From the NCBI GenBank assembly GCA_964350265.1, contig CAYGJZ010000004.1:12318-76317 (forward strand): a stretch of 64,000 nt of DNA. The letters are read 5' to 3'. The position numbers and the translations under genes are program-made. Below the pieces are notes generated by a model that was given only the letters and a program-made list of their open reading frames with translations, searched no databases and was not told where the DNA came from. This DNA comes from an uncultured Gammaproteobacteria bacterium (GTDB taxonomy: Bacteria; Pseudomonadota; Gammaproteobacteria; Arenicellales; CAJQKF01). Within the stretch, counting starts at the first letter, position 1. Each line of letters begins with the position of its first letter. Shown here piece after piece: positions 62,301 to 64,000 of the stretch.

Positions 62301-64000
62301 CACGCGCAGCCCGGCCAGCACCGACGACGGCCACAGCATGGTGCGCGATGCGCTGGTGGCGATCTCGCCGTTGGCGTCGGGGTACTCGGCCTCGATGGTC
62401 AGCTCGGTGGGCGCCTGCACCACCGGGCCGGGTGACAGCGTCAGCTGGCCGCCGCCGTCGCCGTCGAGGGTCAGCCGTTGCAGGGCCGGGATGGTGGCTT
62501 CGACCTCGTCCACCTCGCTCTCCATGCCGGTGACGACGTCGCCGTTGGCCAGTGCGTAGTCCTCGTAGCCGGCGAAGGACGGCGGCACCGTGCGCCAGCG
62601 GCTGCGCACGCCGACCTCGAGCGCGGCGGCGCCGCCGCCGTTGAGGTAGCTGACCTGCACCTTCGCGTCCACCCGTGCCGGCCGCACCGGGGAGTCGGGC
62701 ACCGCCCGCACCTCGGCGGTCATGCTGGGCAGCTGGAAGGATTCCACCCGGAAGCCGCCCGCCGGCAGGGTCACCTCGCCGCCTTCACCGGCCAGCGAGA
62801 CCTGCACCTGGTAGCGGCCGGAGCGGGCCTCGCCGGGAATCGACCAGCTGCCCTCGGCGATGCCCTCGGCATCGAAGCGCACCGGCAGGGCCAGGCGCTC
62901 GCCGCTGCCCTCGTGCACCAGCTCGACCTGCTCCGGCAGCGTGGCCGCATCCGGCAGCGCGATGCCGTCGGCGCGATGACGGCGCAGGTAGTGCTTCATG
63001 TGCACCACCTCGCCGGCGCGGTAGAGGGGCCGGTCGAACACGGTGGCGGCGAGGTGCGGCGTGGTCCACGAGGCGTGCGGCAGCGAGAAGCGCCAGGGCT
63101 CGATGCCCTCGCTCCAGCCGGACAGGGTGAAGGTCATGTCCTCGCCGAGGCGGGCGCTGACCAGGTAGTCGTAGCAGTCGCCGGTGAGCGCGGGCAGCGG
63201 CCGCGGGATGCGGCGGATGCCGTCGGCGTCCGAACGGCCCTGGAACAGCACGCTGCCGTCGCAGTCGGCCACCGTCACCTCGGCACCGTCCACCGGCAGG
63301 CCGTCGTGCAGGCGGGTGACCCAGGCCAGCGACGATTCGCGTCCGTGCTTGAAGTGCACGACCAGGTCGGTCACCAGCACCGCGGTCTGGGCATGGTAGG
63401 GCCTGGCCTGCTCGTAGAGGGCGGCGCCCAGGCGCGGGCTGGCGATCTCCACCAGGTAGAAGCCGGGTCGCGGCATGGGGATGCCGATGACTTCCATGGC
63501 CCGGCGGCCGTGGGGCTTGGGCAGGCGGAAGGCGGTGGTGTGGTCGTCGTCGTCGAACAACGACACCTCGCCCGGGTGGCGATCCACCACGTAGCGACGC
63601 AGTTCCGGCGCGTAGTGACCGTGCTGTCGCTGCGACTCGCGCACCCGCTCGATGGCCTCGCGGGCACGGTTCGGGTCGTCGATGCGCTGCATGCGTCCGT
63701 TCACCGTCGCCGGCGCCGGCCACCATGACTCGCGCAGTCGCGACAGCCAGCCCGTGGCGGCCCCGCGCTCCCCGTCGCCGGCGACTTTGCCGCCCGGCGC
63801 CGGGTGGAGCGGAATCTCCGGCTCGACGTCGCGCAGGGTCACCGGCAGCGCCGCCGCCTCGTCGTGCTCGATGATGCCGAACTCGGCCGGGAACTTGATC
63901 AGCGGCCCGGCCACCCCGGTGCGCACGTCGAGGGGAAAGCGCGCCGCGTTGACCAGCACGCGGCCGGCATCGTCGCGAAGCGGCGCCGGCAGCGACAGGG
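59319..64000 (-). CDS. yfhM: Bacterial alpha-2-macroglobulin (YfhM/ECAM-like), N-terminus outside the window
   Basis: More than 1546 aa lie in the window, and the ORF is still open at the edge. The thioester motif CLEQ (AYPHRCLEQ) is encoded at 60654-60665. It has the classical pairing with pbpC. Confidence 0.92.
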   Translation of the reverse strand, partial: LSLPAPLRDDAGRVLVNAARFPLDVRTGVAGPLIKFPAEFGIIEHDEAAALPVTLRDVEPEIPLHPAPGGKVAGDGERGAATGWLSRLRESWWPAPATVNGRMQRIDDPNRAREAIERVRESQRQHGHYAPELRRYVVDRHPGEVSLFDDDDHTTAFRLPKPHGRRAMEVIGIPMPRPGFYLVEIASPRLGAALYEQARPYHAQTAVLVTDLVVHFKHGRESSLAWVTRLHDGLPVDGAEVTVADCDGSVLFQGRSDADGIRRIPRPLPALTGDCYDYLVSARLGEDMTFTLSGWSEGIEPWRFSLPHASWTTPHLAATVFDRPLYRAGEVVHMKHYLRRHRADGIALPDAATLPEQVELVHEGSGERLALPVRFDAEGIAEGSWSIPGEARSGRYQVQVSLAGEGGEVTLPAGGFRVESFQLPSMTAEVRAVPDSPVRPARVDAKVQVSYLNGGGAAALEVGVRSRWRTVPPSFAGYEDYALANGDVVTGMESEVDEVEATIPALQRLTLDGDGGGQLTLSPGPVVQAPTELTIEAEYPDANGEIATSASRTMLWPSSVLAGLRVDGWVLSRDNLSLRALALDTDGRPLAGQTIRVDAFKRTVYTHRKRLVGGFYAYESRRQTDAVGRLCEGRTDALGGLDCRLPAPAEGNLVLRASVVDDNGHASHAWREVWVAGQEHWWFQVGDEDRMDVIAEQPRLEPGDTARLQVRMPFRRATALVTLEREGILDAFVTRLDGRQPVLEVPVLASHAPNVFVSVLAVRGRIAGRAPDGLVDLDKPAFRLGIEELTVGRAAHRLDVAVSTDRAVYRDGDSARVAVEVRGPDGTPAAAARIALAAVDEGLLALAPNPSWQLLESMMGRRGIEVRTATAQMQVVGKRHFGKKAVAAGGGGGLAPTRMLFDSLLSWQHAVTDADGRVDLVVPLNDALSAFRIVAVASHGADRFGTGQASIASRRALMLLPAVPPLLRHGDVFQARVTVRNGTSQVREVAVSAKVDGRALPAQHHELPAQGSVTARWRLVAPADGDTMQLVFDARAGDTGDRVAVQRPLRAAVPVTVQGSTLLDLAKPRDLPVSPPATALAGRGGLRLGFSASLAGDLRGVVDHMQAYPHRCLEQRLSRAVVLDDAALRQAWLDDLPAALDGDGLARYWPSQSLGSDVLTSYLLSLSDAAGWTLPDAARRRMLDALAALLDGRLQRASPMAAPDQLLRRLAALEAVSRYRPLDPGWLTTIEADPGHWPTSALLDWLAIHRRQGDLPGAADRVRRARALLRARLDVRGGVVDLAGRDDDTLPWLMINGNGNAARTLLALLEAGDDDAARMARGLLARRQQGHFGTTTANAWAMLALRAVHGGERPAAPSGETTVSSADAALASWSWPGGRDGSVLLPWAGAQPLRIEHRGDGAPWVTVDSLAAVPLDAPVARGYRVERRVEAVVQRRPPGWQVGDVARVVLTIEATAERAWVVVDDPLPAGARILGSGLGNDSTLLVDDRGHLAPTFVERGDDAWRGYFARLPRGRWQVGYTVRYQASGRFGLPPTRVEAMYAPEVYGAWPNPVMTVAGE

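Overview
The window is a very GC-rich (roughly 70% by eye), gene-dense chromosomal segment with proteobacterial-type gene content. It looks like core or accessory metabolic DNA. I saw no rRNA, tRNA, CRISPR array, transposase, integrase or phage module, but I could only scan by eye.

I can support about 60 protein-coding genes and one clear cis-regulatory RNA, a TPP riboswitch upstream of thiBPQ.

The recognisable blocks, in order along the window, are:
- azlCD.
- A cobalt-type nitrile hydratase operon (alpha, beta, accessory protein), followed co-directionally by a 3-hydroxyacyl-CoA dehydrogenase, a ThDP enzyme and ybaN.
- A glycine-rich orphan protein.
- A HupE/UreJ pair plus a His-rich DUF4399 protein.
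- A glutamine-synthetase-like gene, an SDR epimerase-like gene and a ZIP transporter.
- A long minus-strand operon encoding two different CoA-transferase systems, a crotonase, an AtuA-like protein and TRAP DctQM, with a divergent IclR regulator and a separate dctP.
- DUF3047, DUF6152 and cupin genes, then metY and glnE.
- An AmmeMemoRadiSam system with a fused B-A protein.
- A miscellaneous metabolic run: DMT, OCD, M20, methyltransferase, kinase-like, creatininase and HDAC-like genes.
- CBS and zntB genes.
- A pcaD/pcaF-like trio.
- An RND efflux pair without an outer-membrane factor.
- A TPP riboswitch followed by thiB, thiP, thiQ and a ThiK-like kinase.
- A yiaW/yiaV-like pair, then pyrC, tas, and pbpC with a CLEQ-thioester alpha-2-macroglobulin that is truncated at the window end.

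The most interesting candidate for an uncharacterised system is the IclR-associated CoA-transferase/crotonase/AtuA-like/TRAP island. An AT-rich operator-like motif from its promoter recurs upstream of dctP and, 18.6 kb away, upstream of an FAH-family hydrolase gene. Secondary candidates are a possible cobalt-supply module next to the nitrile hydratase, the function-unknown AmmeMemoRadiSam system, and a DUF6152/membrane-protein pair.

All family assignments come from motif and sequence recognition by eye. No searches were run. Start codons are inferred: the ORF track reports the longest ATG/GTG/TTG-initiated ORF, and many true starts lie downstream of it.
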